Below, in pieces: positions 41,281 to 54,046 of a stretch of 64,000 nucleotides of DNA. The translations under genes and the position numbers were made by a program. The notes under the pieces were generated by a model that saw nothing but the letters and a program-made list of their open reading frames with translations, made no database searches and was not told where the DNA came from. Location of the stretch: contig JBHGNT010000012.1 in NCBI GenBank assembly GCA_043228905.1, positions 20,026,001 to 20,090,000 of the forward strand, written 5' to 3'. The DNA is from Azolla caroliniana. Taxonomy: Eukaryota; Plantae; Polypodiophyta. Position 1 is the first letter of the stretch. Every line of letters begins with the position of its first letter.

Positions 41281-42895
41281 AGTTGAATAGAGTGATCCAA
41301 GCTGATATCGTTAAATTGGAAAGTGAAAGAACATGAATCAGCCCCACAAGATCTTTTGGTAGGAAGACTGCCCAGTACAAGACACCGTTATGTGGCTGGA
41401 TGGACTAATTATCAGGCCTTATGTGGGTACACATCTATCTCATGCACTCCGTAAAGTGACAGGAAGCTCAGGATCTCTTGCTGGACAATATCAGTACAAC
41501 CACAACAGCCCATCAACATATGCGAAATACAACTTGCTCATCAACATATGAAAAATACAACTTTCTTTAACCACGTCGCTGCTCAGGCTACAACTCAATT
41601 AAGTAGTGCACGCGTGGATTCTCAACCAAGACACTTGAAAGGGGTTCCAATAGATCAGGCAATCGCAATGTGTTGTACACGTAAACCCTAACCCCTAAAC
41701 CACAGCCTCATCACCCCTGTCACCTACAAATAAACACCATTACCACCCGGCACTGAAGACGGTTCTCTCGCTTTGGAAAACTCTCCATATTGGAGCACCC
41801 GATTTTGGAGATTTTGCAGACACAAAAATTTCATTGATAAAAGTTTTTAGATATATAGAATCTTTAATATCATATTTTTGGTTGTACTTATTTTGTTTGT
41901 TGTTCTCAGGGATGAGAAAACATTGTAAGATGTAATCTCTTGTTTTGTCTTCTACACCATTTAGCCTATTTAAAGACCTTAACATAGCTTTCTTTCTTTC
42001 TGTCTCTATGCATTACAGACATGGATCTTCACAAAAAGGACAGCCTACTTCGGAGGATGCAGGGAATCAGCGAGCATTACCATACAGGTTTCAGCCAGCA
42101 AATATCAACACCATCAGACAAAGTTTATGCAATGATTTTTTCCAACATTCTATTCATGTTATGTTCTTTCAAAGCAACATTTCTTCACTTCCCACATCTT
42201 CTATCTCTAGTTTTCTACTCATGGTAACTCTCTCATAGTCATGTTCTTTCAACTTTCTATCGGATATCACTACGCATCGACTTAAATGCTGGTCTCCTAG
42301 CTCTAGGATTCTTACTTCCTTTTTTCGTTGCATTATATCTGAAACTTCTATGATTTGACACATGATGGTTACAGCTTTGGTTTTACTTCTATATTTTTTG
42401 TTTCATTTTGAGGGTCATGCCCACAGTATAGTTTTGGATGTTCTGGACTAATGACATTATTTGTTGTAGCAATTGTTCATTTTAGGCCTCAAAAAAATGC
42501 ATTCGTTCATTTTTTATTTTTTGTTACTCTCCTAAAGTTTTTATCACACGATGATAGTAACTTTGGTCCTAGCACTACGATTTTCGTTTTATTTTGGGGG
42601 TGATGCCCACAGGTAGTTTTGGATGCTCTAGAATTATGTCATTGTTTCTCATAGCAATCACCTATTTTCGGCCTCCAAACAAATGCATTCGCTCTTTTTA
42701 TTTCTTCTGTTCCTCTCCATAAGCTTTTAGCAGGAACCATCAGGTGATATTCAAAAGCAGGGAAATACTCAAAAAACTGCCTTTCACACTCAGAATTTTT
42801 TTCTCTTTCTCTCTTAACTTCCGCTCTCCATACCTCTCTAATGAGTTCATCGAGACCGCGGGGGAATCAATAACTGAACTACATCTCTAAGGTTT

Positions 42896-42997
<102 letters not shown>

Positions 42998-43023
42998 CGC
43001 TCTCTGTATGTGATGACATTTAC

Positions 43024-43320
43024 CTGCGAGCGAAGACGTGGGGTGGGGATGGCTTTCGTGTGGACTAATCGACAGGGAGACGAGGATGCAGGAACAGAAA
43101 AATAGGGATGGAAATGAAGGAAAGGCAGTGTCTCCAATGGCGGGCGTGCTTCTTCGTCTTCTTCGTCTTCTGCTTCTTCGTCTTCTTCTTCTCTGTCATA
43201 GCTCCGAGAAGGCTGGAGATACCCCTGTGTTTTCATTATTTCCATCTGATGCCCTCGGTCAACCACTTCTACTTCACACGTCTCTCCTGTTGGAGGGTTT
43301 CGCCGAGGGCATATGGAGAA
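43024..43320 (-). other. Probable first (leader) exon of ATRX
   Basis: GC-richer island ending in a strong donor CAG|GTAAAT (GT at 43023-43022), followed by a microsatellite-bearing intron. The acceptor TTGCAG| at 40325 precedes the ATG exon. The 5' boundary is approximate. Confidence 0.5.
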
Positions 43321-43490
43321 ATAAAAGGAAACCTTATGATATGAATCATGATGAATGAATGAGGCATGAAGAACATCTGCGTCTCTGCCAGGGCCTTCCC
43401 GTCCCCCAAACAAATAACACTCCCAAGAAATAATTCGCCATACCTTCGAATGTTATTGTTACACGGGCGGGCTCCATGCATCGGCTCAAG

Positions 43491-43979
43491 CTGCAATCGA
43501 CAACGGAATCGAATCACGAAACCAAGGGTTAACGGTTTAAACGATTCGGTTCGGTTCATGTTCAAGGTTTTTTAAACGGTTCGTTTCGGGTTGGGGGCCA
43601 ACTGTTCAATTCGGTTTCAATGGTTTGACACCGTGGTTTAAACGGCTTGACAATTTAAGGTTGCCACTTGATTATTTTCTTAAATATTTTCCTGAGAAAC
43701 CTTTCATTTTTTACGCCTAAATTTGACATTTTAGGAAAAGTCTTTAAATTTTTTAAATATTGGAAATTATTTTTGAATTTTTGAATTTTGACCTAACTTG
43801 CAAACCGAAACCATGGGTTTTAACGCGTTGGATTTTTTGCAAGGTTCAGTTTGAAGGGTTTTGGTCTAAACAGTTTCAGTTAAAATGGTTTCATGGTTTT
43901 GTATAAGTTTCTTTTCTTTAATAATGATTTGAGTTTGACACTCTCGAACCAAATTGAACCGAACCGTTGCCGATTCTTA
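43491..43979. mobile_element. Non-autonomous hAT-type MITE (AACCG-rich subterminals) in the ATRX promoter
   Basis: Imperfect TIRs (..CAATCGACAACGG / CCGTTGCCGATT..) and an 8-bp TSD GGCTCAAG/TGCTCAAG; same family as 46153-46595, in the opposite orientation. Confidence 0.75.
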
Positions 43980-45283
43980 TGCTCAAGGTGTCTAAGTTTA
44001 TGATTATGCGTCGTGAATCGACACATCGTCCATCAATCGTGGAATTGGACGAACAATCGGGAGGTCATAATGCTTCTCAATGCGCTCTCATGTTGTCTAA
44101 TCCCATAAGAACAAAAGTGAGTCTCAAGGACTTATAATAAAACGAGTGCCGACATATTTACTATTGTATCCCCTCATATTCAAATGCTCGCAAATAATTG
44201 GGATCGAGATTTCATGAGTCCTTGATCTTCACATTTGAATGCGTAATGTGTGTATCGAGTCCCGCATGTTACCAAAACTATATCGAACTCCCAACTAGAA
44301 AACTTCTGTACATGCTTTCCTTCATGTCACGTGACAAATTTGAAGCACTTGGGAAAAGTGACATTCTCTTTGTTGTCCAAAGCCTATGTAGCATCTCAAG
44401 TACCTCAAGGTGTCTCGCACCAAGGGCATGTCATGTCTTTGATCCATAGGGATTCCCTCCTCTTATCGGATTCGTTGGTTGAGGGGGTCAAAGTCTAGAC
44501 CGTTATATGTCCTATAAGTGGTCGAGGGGCGAGAATGATCATCAGTCATCCTCGAGCCATTAGTTTCATCTACCCTAATATTGTGAATTCTCGCTTGCTT
44601 TTCCCACATGATAACTTAGGCAAAATGTTAACTAGAGCCTAGTTAGGGCTTAAGCATTAAGTACCAATATTGGTAAGACAATATCATACAATGAGATAGT
44701 AACCATGCACTTCGATTAAAATTCATTAGCACAATATATACAAGAAGAGGAATGGTTAAGGTTTGATACCTTATGGGTGGGTATTAGTAGTAAGACAAGG
44801 GAGTAAGAGGGTTGCAACTTAGATTGTAGAAAGGGCAAAAGTATAAAGATCGATGATGAAACTCGAGAGTCACAAAAAGTGGCTTTTATAGCTTTGAAAC
44901 ATGATGTTTTGCAAGCTTTCACATTCAAATGCCCTTTTGGCCTATAGCTTTAAAATGTTTTTCTCTTTTCTTTCCTACGTTTATTCCCTTTACTTGGTCA
45001 TTTGTATTCTTGCCAGTATTGATGTCTTCATTGGCCATGTTATGTTGTCATGAAGTAGGAAGGCTTCGCAATGTAAATCCACAGAAAGATAAATACATAT
45101 GACACTTACGTTATTAAAATAATGTTAAGCTAAAGTAAGATTAATGAATTATATGTAAAGACCATAAAATATTAAAATAATTACATTCATGTTATATTGT
45201 CTACATATTACGAGGGCAATGAAATAAAATGATCACGTAGAACATGAACCTATGGCGTCCACTTGAACCATAATATAGAAAAG

Positions 45284-48200
45284 TGTAAAGAAAGGAGAGT
45301 AGTTTCTGGGACCTTTGGGCTCCCTGGCTAGATTGTATGCAACAAAAGGATCGTGTGTGTGTGTATGTATGCAACTGAGAGAATGAGTGAGAGAGCTCTT
45401 TAACCAAGAGGACTGTATATTATCATCCAACAGAATACATCCACTAGTAACAAAGTTACAAAATGTTGGTTTAAATACCAACTAAATTAGGGCAAAGACC
45501 CTTTCTACTATTTACAAAACTAGCCCGGTATTTCCATGAGCTAGTGTGAAACCTATTCCTATGGGAAGTTGAGTTCGATTCTCAACACGCCCCTTCGAAC
45601 ACAACTTCCGGGTTTTTGAAGAGTTATTTCGGATCGGTCTTTGGAACACTTCGAATTTCGATTATTCAGTTTTTCCAGTTGCGTACTCCTTGTTCGGCTT
45701 TGATCAATCGATCGATTCACTGTTTTGTACTCCCCCTCAAGCTCGACTGGTCTAGAATAGATAGGCCAAGGTTCGTCGCGAACTGCCAAAGCTTGTCGAT
45801 ACCCAAGGCTTTCATGAAAATGTCGGCTACCTGTAAATTTGTGCTGATGTGTTGAAGTCGATATCTCTGGCCTGCACGTGTTCGCAAATGAAGTGGTAGT
45901 GCACTTCGACATGCTTAGTCCGCGCGTGGAATACGAGGTTCCGTGCTAGGTAGATATTACTCATGTTGTCGCAGTATAGACGAATAAGATCCTTCATTAT
46001 ATGCTTGAGCCATACGGCTTTGCACGCAGCGACCGTCGCGCCCCTGTATTCGGCCTCCGTGCTCGACAGTCCAACTGTCGGTTGCTTCTTGCTACTCCAT
46101 CAGATTGCTCCGTTGTCGAGGGAGAAGACAAATCCTGATGTTGACAGTCTATTAACAATCAACAATGATTTGGTTCGGTTTGAGAGGGTCCAAACCGAAC
46201 TATTTAAATTTTTTGAAACTTGAACCGAACCAAAATGAACCACGAAACTGTTAAACCTTTTTCAAACCTTTAAACCATTCAACCGTAAAAACCGCGGTTT
46301 CGTGGTTCGGTTTCGGTTTTCAACATAGGTCAAATTTTATTTTATTTTAAATTGATAATATTTCATTTTAATTTTTTTTTAAGATGTTCCTAAAATGTGA
46401 GAATAAGGTCTACAAATGAAAAGTTTGTTTAAAAACAATTTATATATTTTTTTTTTAAATTATTATTTTTTAAAAACAAATAAATAAAGAACCATTTAAA
46501 CCACGTTTTTTAACAGTTGAAACCGAACCGAACCGTTGAAACCATTAAACCGTGGTTTAGCAGTTCGGTTCAAACCGAACCGTTGCCGATTGTTACCGTC
46601 TATCCGCTTTATAACCTGCCCAACCTATGTTTGTGTACCCTTCGAATCGAATTGGTGTGGTCAATGCGTAAAGGATGACGTAATCCATTGTGCTCCTCAT
46701 GTATTATAATACTCGCTTAGTGCAATCGAAATGGATATCTCGCAGAGTTTGCACAATTTGGCTAAGTAGGCCGACTGAATAGCTGAGTTCGGGTCCCGTA
46801 ATGGTTAGCTAGATGAGGTTGCCGATCAATTGACGATACTGAGTTGGCTCGCACTCGACTATGCCAAAATCGACATCAAGCTTGAGATTACGGTCAAGCG
46901 GGGTGGACACAGGTTTGCACTCCGTCATCCCGAACTTGTAGAGTAAGTTGAGGACATAGTGTCGTTGTGAGATCATTATCCCGATTGGTGTTCAAATTAC
47001 TTCGATGCCTATGAAGTAATGGAGCTCATGCAGGTCTTTCGTTTCAAATCTGTCAGAGAGAAGTGTTTTGACCTTGTTAATCTCAGCGAGATCCTTTCCT
47101 CTGATGACCAAATCATCCATGTATAGGATGATGACAATCGGGCTATCCGATTCGTTTCGGATGTACAGAGAATTATTAGATTTTGACATTCGAAATCCAA
47201 TTTGATGAAGATATTGTGTGATCGTCGAATGCCACGCACGTGGTGCTTGTTTGAGGTCATAGAGTGGCTTCTTGAATCGGCACACGACATTCGGATGATT
47301 GCGTGATTCAAAGCCGGGTGGTTGAATCATGTACACTTCATCCTCTAATTCCCCTTGGAGGAAGGCATTCTTTACGTCCATCTGATGGAAGGGCCACCCT
47401 TTTGTTGTTGTGATTGCAACCACGGTCTGCACAATTGTCATCTTTTCCAATGGGGCAAAGGTCTCTTCGTAGTCAACTCCATGCATTTGTGCGTATCCTT
47501 TCGCACCGAGCCGTGCTTTGAAGCGATTTATGGAGCCGTCAGCATTGTGTTTCACTTTGTAAATCCATCTACAGCCAATCGCCTTCTTGTGCGGTCAGTG
47601 GGGGACAAGATCCCATGTCTTGTTTTTGGAGAGTGCTTGCATCTCCTCATTCATCGCTTCAACCCATCTGGGGTCCTTCGCAGCTTCGGAAAATGTTTCT
47701 GGCTCCCGTATTGTCGCTACCTTCATCATAAAGGCGTAATGGTACGCCATATAACCGTTATAGCCACATCAACTTACGGGGTTCTTTTCTTGGGTGGACT
47801 GGCATAGCTTTTCATTCATGGATACTAAGGCTTTCTTCACTCCATTTGTCTGGATGTTGAGGCCTTCGAACTCACTATCGAGGGAGTGAGTCGATTCATT
47901 TTCGTCGAAGTGATCGTCTTCATACTCCGGCATTTTCGCCTTCCCTTTGTCCAACTTCGGACTCGGCCGAGATGTGCTTTGATCGCTCAGAGGCTCTTGT
48001 GGCCCAGTAAGCCTCGTCGTAATTGGGCTTTCTTCGAACATGCGCGTGAGCCGATCTTCGGCTTCTATCTCTATTTCGACGGATTTAGGGTTGAGCGAAA
48101 TCAGAGTCGAAGCTGTCAGTGGTGCGTACCAGGATGCGAACTCGTTGAAAACAACATCTCGAATTGTTCGAACTTTTTGGGTAGATGGATTGTAGCATTT

Positions 48201-49958
48201 GTACCCCTTTTGTTCGAGCGAGTACCACACGAGGATACATTTCTCCGACTTCGGGTCGAGCTTTTGTCACGTATCATCGAAAATATGGACATGTGATAAG
48301 TCCGACTTCTTACCAAGAAGCTTCTCATTAGGGGTTGTGTCGTGTACTCCCGAGGTTGTGCACCTGTTCATGAGGTATATGACCGTGTTCGCCACTTTTG
48401 CCCAATATGATTTCGGCAAGTTCTTCTTGTTCATCATTGCCCGTGCAACCTCTACTATGTGCCGGCTCTTCCGCTCGGCTACGCCGTTTTGTTGAGGTGT
48501 GTGACGGCATGAAAATTCTCGTCGGGTTCCTTCCTTTTGGAGATACGCCATAAACTCATCCGAGAAATATTCTTTGCCTCCATTTGATCGAAGGTAGTGT
48601 ACGTGCCGACCCGTAGATTTTTCGACTTCCTTTGAACCTCTGGAAGTGTCTGAACACTTCGCTCTTCTGTCTCATCGGGTAGATCCATGTGTGCCTGGAG
48701 AAGTCGTCGATGAACGTGACGTAATATCGGCATCCGCCGAGTGTGGTTGTCTAGGACGGTCCCTATACATCTGAATGTACGACATCCAGGATCCCTTTGC
48801 TCACATTCCGCTCTTTCGGGAATGGATGTCGGTGTTACTTTCCGAACTAGCACGCTTCGCATACGCCTGTAATCTCCTTCTCGCTAAAGTTCGGGAGTTT
48901 GATTACAACTCCTTTCAATTGCATGTTCTGAAGCTTCTGGAGGTTGATGTGGCCAATTCTCTTGTGCCACAAGTTTAGGTCGGTTTTGACTTTGAGGCCC
49001 TTTGCAAACATGGCCGATTTTACCTCGTTCGATTTGAGGATAAACATACGGCCTTCACGATGGCCATGAGCTATGACTCGATCACCTCTTTCGATAAAAC
49101 ACCCATCATTGTTGAATCGTACTTTGCATTCCTTGTTCGATAATCGGGCCGACCGAGACCAGTTTTTCGTGATGGTAGGAACATGTAGTATGTTCTTGAG
49201 GTAGGTTTGTTCGTCGTCGTTTCCGAATGGGACTTTCCCGATATGCTATATTGGATGAGTCGTGTCATCACCTATCTCGACATATCCGGGACGTTCCGTT
49301 TTTTGTAATTCTCGAAACCAATCTTCATGAGACGTCATGTGGTTAGATGCTCCTGAGTCAACAAACCATACATTCTCTGAGGGCGTGGTGCTTGTTTCAC
49401 CTTGTGTCGCCATTGAGTGCACTTTGTGCCTCATCATGAACATTCCGCTACGATCGTCGTAGTCGGGATTCGATGCGTAATTCCTGAGTTGTCGGTTGGT
49501 TGAAGCCGACTCTCGCTTCTTCTTTCGACACTCCTCTTTGCAGTGACTGAGTTTTCCGCAATATCCACATTTGATTGGGTTATTATGATTTCTTGGTCTG
49601 GCGTGATGACTCCCCCTTCTGCTGAACTCTCTGGGATTGTTCCTGTCCGCTTGCCATTGGTGGGAGTTATGCTCTTGGGTCTGCCGACAGTGATGACCTT
49701 GTCTGAATTGAGCTCTATTTCCACGACCGAAATTTCTTCTAACATCCGATTGTGTGTAGAGCATATGACCCTCTGGTGCGTTGCTCCTTTGTCAGACGTG
49801 ATTTTCCTCGACCAACAATATTGACTGGAGATTGGAAAAGGTGGGAGGATTCTCTCTCGCGAGGACGACAGACCTTATTGCGCTGAATCGAGGTGTTAAG
49901 CCTCTGAGGCATATCTGCACCATTTCTTCGTCGTCAATGCCAACATTGATCGACCCAA
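45284..49958 (-). mobile_element. Decayed Ty1/Copia retrotransposon (partial gag-PR-IN-RT-RH, PPT, 3' LTR 45587-45284); 5' part displaced by a nested Gypsy
   Basis: UBN2-like gag, zinc knuckle CGYCGKLSHCKEEC, WFVDSGASNHMT, LWHKRIGH, TPQQNGVAERK, RFKARL..KGYAQ, QMDVKNAFLQG, LYMDD and RNase H WAG...RRSTSG, with many frameshifts. PPT GAAGGGGCG precedes TGTTGAGAAT...CTTTACA. Confidence 0.93.
46153..46595. mobile_element. hAT-type MITE inserted in the Copia RNase H
   Basis: TIRs TAACAATCAACAATGATTTGGTTCGGTTTGA / TCAAACCGAACCGTTGCCGATTGTTA; 8-bp TSD CAGTCTAT/CCGTCTAT. Removing it restores WAGYKADRR|STSGFVF. Confidence 0.88.
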
Positions 49959-52900
49959 TGTTATTGCTAGGGCCGGACAACAACCTAACACAGGGTGTCC
50001 ACTTAAGACACGTCACCAAAGGGTGGTACGACAGAATGACTTACGGCTCAACGCTTAATTAGACCTTAATCGATTACTTAGCCATCCGTAATTAACACGT
50101 GTAAGATATAACAATAAACACAAAACGGTAATCAACACTTGAAGATTAAGACAATACGCTTTATTAATTATCCGCTCCTGATTACATTGTAACCGAGCCT
50201 TTATATAGGTCTCCGATGCGAAATACAAAACGGTGTCAAACAGCACCTTTACGGAATCGTTCCAGATCCAGATCGGCACACCGATTCTGGTTCGTCCATC
50301 CACATCTTCTTATATAATAATATGTATATAGTAAGACTACTAATTACAACAGTTCCCGAATAACTATTCCTTTCACACTCTGGTTTGGACCTCCTTAAGC
50401 CTTCTTCGTCGGCCGGTAACACATGGCACGCCCGTGGGATAGTACCTTGTACGTCGAACCCACTATCCGGCCCTTTTACGCTTCGTCCAAAATGTCCAGA
50501 ATGCTTTGCTCCAAAATTTCCAATGGCTCGTCGGGAATCTGTTGTTCCTGATGTGGTTGTTGTTGTTGTTGTTCCGTTTGTGGCTGTGGCTGCTGCTCCG
50601 TTTATCGCTCTGGCACCGGTGTTTCCGTCGTTGGTTCCTCCGTCGGAGTTGTTTGTGGCTGACTAACCCCGGCATGTTCCCCCTCCTGTCTTTGCGCCGA
50701 CGACGGTTCCTCATCACTAAGGTTGACCGTTGTCGCTTTTCGCGCTTTTTCTTCTCGGAGCCGGGATCGCTCATAGCTTTCAAACTGGATTTGAGCCTCC
50801 AACCGATCATCGTCCAGTTGAGCTACGAGCTATCGGACCTGCACCAATTGTTCATCCGCCAGCTCCTCCCTGATGGTGGTGAAGTCCTCCAAGGTCAGCA
50901 TATAGCAGTCGTCGCCCTCCTTTCGCCGGTTTTCAACGTCCGCCCTAAGCAATTGGAGTTCCGCGGTATTCTACGCCCATTTTGCCCACCAACGCACACA
51001 ACTATCATCAATCAAGCTTTTGGTTTTAGTGAGCCATGACCGGAGGATGCACTAGATCCGTTCGGCTCCCATCTGTGATTTATTTTCTGCGGCTTGTCGC
51101 TCTTCCTTCAACTACTTGATGATTTGAACCGTGTCCACCTCCTGCTCCCTATAATGCGACAATTGAGTTTGATAGGTTGTTTGCAACCTTTGTAGTACCA
51201 TTGTTGCTCTTTCCTTGTCTTCATGGTTCTGTTTGTGGAGCTCCATCCGGTCATTCGCCGCTTCCTCCAATAGCCTGGAACTTTCCGCTCGTTCTTCGGC
51301 GAGTGCCATTGTGGCCTTATCAACCTCTTGCCAGAGCTCGGCCATCCGTTGTTGATGCTCCGTCTCCAGCTGCTTGTAGTCCCGATGCAGATGATCAAAA
51401 TCATCAGTCTTCTGCTTCAGCCTTTGGTTTATCTGACGGCGCGCGCGGTCCTCCCGGTTCTTCTGTTGCCGGAGCTCTTCCTTCAGCCGCTCAATTTCCG
51501 TTTCCGCCATCCGTCGCAGCTTGTCTTTTTCCTGCAGCACTTTCTCTTTTTCCTCCTTCAGCCGGTTGTAAGCATGATGTCCTTTACGCAGGTTTTCCTC
51601 TGCATGACGAAGGTTCTCAACAATCTTTCTTAATTCTTCTTTGGCCGCCTTCTTCAAGTCGCGTTCGCGGCTCCGTAATGCTTCTTGTGCGGCTAGCTCA
51701 TCTCGTAATTCTGCACGCTCTTGGGCTTGCGCCGCCTCTTTCTCTGGGACAGTTTGTGTCTCCGGGGTCTTATTCTTCTGTACATCAACCGGAGTCACCG
51801 GTGCTTGGACCTACGTTGCGGTTAAGGCCATTTTGGCCATATCTCCTGTGATATGATCCAAGTCTTGTTCGAGGCACCGGACCCTTGACCGGGCCGTCTC
51901 CAGTTCATCGGTTGTGACGAGCAACCGTTCCGTTTGCGCTCTTTCCTCCGCCTCTATGCATCCGACTACTCCGGAAATTTGGTCTCCTATCCACCGGACC
52001 ATTGGCTACCGGTGCACTATTGTTGCGCTTGTATGGAGAGTTGGCTGATGGGTTCACTCGCCGGTGGCTGGTCCCGCCTTTCTGCGTCAAGCTGCGCTTC
52101 TGGTTCTGCCAGCTGACCACTTTGCCGTTCCGGCTCTGAGTGTGTTTCATCTAGTCGCCCGTTGTCTGCTTGTTCTTGGTCGGCTGGGGCGGTTGGCCTT
52201 TGTATCTCCGGCTCTTGGGTGACGGGCCTTGCCGGTGCAGCCTGTTGTGTCAGGACTTCTGTGACCGGTTCCATCCAAACCGGTTCCGGTGCCTCCCTTG
52301 GCGTGGGTTGCTCAACGTGAGTTGCGGGTGTTCCATCCTTCTGTGGGTCCGAACGTTTCCCGGTTGATTCTGCGGTGCTCTTCACCGGCCGCCGCTTGAG
52401 GTGCTCCGTGGGTTCTTCCTCCATCTCTTCCGCCTGAGTCCCGACATTCATTCTTGCCGCCAAGGTGTCTATTTCCTGTTGCGCTAGTCGGTGGAGTGGG
52501 CTCTTCAAGGCCCGTGCCGGTGTCTCCTCATGCGTGTCTGTCGGTCGCTACCGGCCGGCGCGCTCCTTCGCCGCCTTCTCTGCTTCGGTAGTCTTCCCCT
52601 TAGTGGCCTTGGAGGCCAACAGTTGTTGCCGTTTCGAAGCAAGTTTCGGGGTGCCATCCGTTGCTCTTCCCCGCTTCTTGGTTTGGATGGGCTCGACCGA
52701 TGGCGTCAACAGGGTGAGCCATTGTGTCACCGCATGCCATACTTTCCGGCCTTCCTTGCCGTCCTTTCCCCTTACTATATCAATGGCCGTACACAGCCCG
52801 TCGGCGATCAGCACCGGCCAATCTACCTTGACCCCTTCGTACGTTGCGATGATCAAGCCTGCTCGGTTTTGAGGCATGACGGGGGGTCGAGGGTACACGT

Positions 52901-54046
52901 GGCCGAACTCGTGGAGCACATGGGCAATTTCCCGGAATAGCATATCTTCGCCGCCATGTGTCCTATAGCCCTTGCTGGCTAGAGAGTACTCATCGAAATA
53001 TTTGATGAGTTGCTCGGAGGTAGGATTGTCGATCGTGTAGATACCGCCCTCCGGAAGGCCTATTAACGCATGGATCGCCTCCTCCGTGATCACCTCCGTG
53101 TCGATTTATTTTATAATCTTCTCGGCCTCCTTGTGTGGTGCTGCCTCCATGATCGTTAAGAAACCCTCCAGACCGTGTTGTCGTAACCATTTCTTGGCGG
53201 CTTCAGACAACGTTTGGCAGTCCATCTCTGCGTCGAGGTCGGAGAGCGTTGGAGAGGTTTGATGGTGGGGAGAATGTGAGAGAGAAAGTTCTGAGGGAGG
53301 GGGTTCTTTGTGTGCGAGCTCTCTACGATTTATCTTCACGCGTCGCTCTGCGTCTGTTCTCCTTGGTTCGCGATAGGAGAAGGTCTCAATGCGTGGGGGT
53401 TTTTCTCTCTGCATCTTGGCGCCTTTTTCGAGCCTCCGCATGTGCATGTCGTGTACTATAATAGCATTGCGTGCCATGTGGCGGTGGTTTAATGTCCTAT
53501 TCATAGCTCCTCGTACCTTTTCGACGTGCCTCTTTACTCCACGTGTGCATGGCCGTTTCCACCACTCCTTTCCATGATTTATTTGATTCGCTCCTTTATT
53601 CTCTTCTATTTTTTTCTTTCTTTTTATTATTATTTAAAACTTACTTGTGTGGTTAGTTTTTCTCCGGTCTTGTCGGACCTTTGCCCGAAATGTGCAACTC
53701 GCCGGCCTCTTGTCGGTTTGTCGTCGTTCTGCTCTCCTCGGTTGTCGGCTCATGCTCCTCCTTACTGGCTTGGTGGTAGTCGTCGTCTTCATCGGTTGCC
53801 GTTATGGTTGGCCTGCCGACATCTAATTCGGTGGCGGCCCTTCGTTCAAATGGGTTCTTAAGCATAGGTCCTTTGTATGGTTTTAATCTAAATCTGTTGA
53901 CCCATTTGCCCAACACTTCTCCGGCAAGTGTCCCCAACTGGTAGGACCCATTGAACTCGCGTGTGATCCAGTACGGTCCGGTCCATCTAAACCGTAGTTT
54001 ACTTGGCATTTTGCCCATCCGGGTCTGGAACACGAGTACCGGCTTG
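49959..54046 (-). mobile_element. Athila/Tat-like (non-chromovirus) Ty3/Gypsy 3' half: integrase C-terminus, long extra ORF, 3' LTR (~50351-49959)
   Basis: KLRFRWTGPYWIT...GSYQL..L.GE.LGKWVNRFRLKPY (GPY/F integrase tail). TG at 49959 lies exactly where the Copia gag breaks; minus-strand TATATAAA near 50200. The inner LTR boundary is uncertain. Confidence 0.75.
50602..53504 (-). pseudogene. Frameshifted extra ORF of the Gypsy element (PMD/Transposase_32-like N-terminal part, P/E-rich linker, coiled coil)
   Basis: Consecutive same-strand ORF pieces 53504-53106, 53093-52548 (ITEEAIHALIGLPEGG; GVKVDWPVLI), 52508-52017, 52002-51811, 51798-51112 (heptad-rich) and 50802-50602. Confidence 0.6.

Noticed and set aside
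50506-52940. Plus-strand ORFs (177, 224, 135 and 149 aa) in the Gypsy extra region
   Set aside because: Antisense shadows of GC-rich minus-strand coding sequence.
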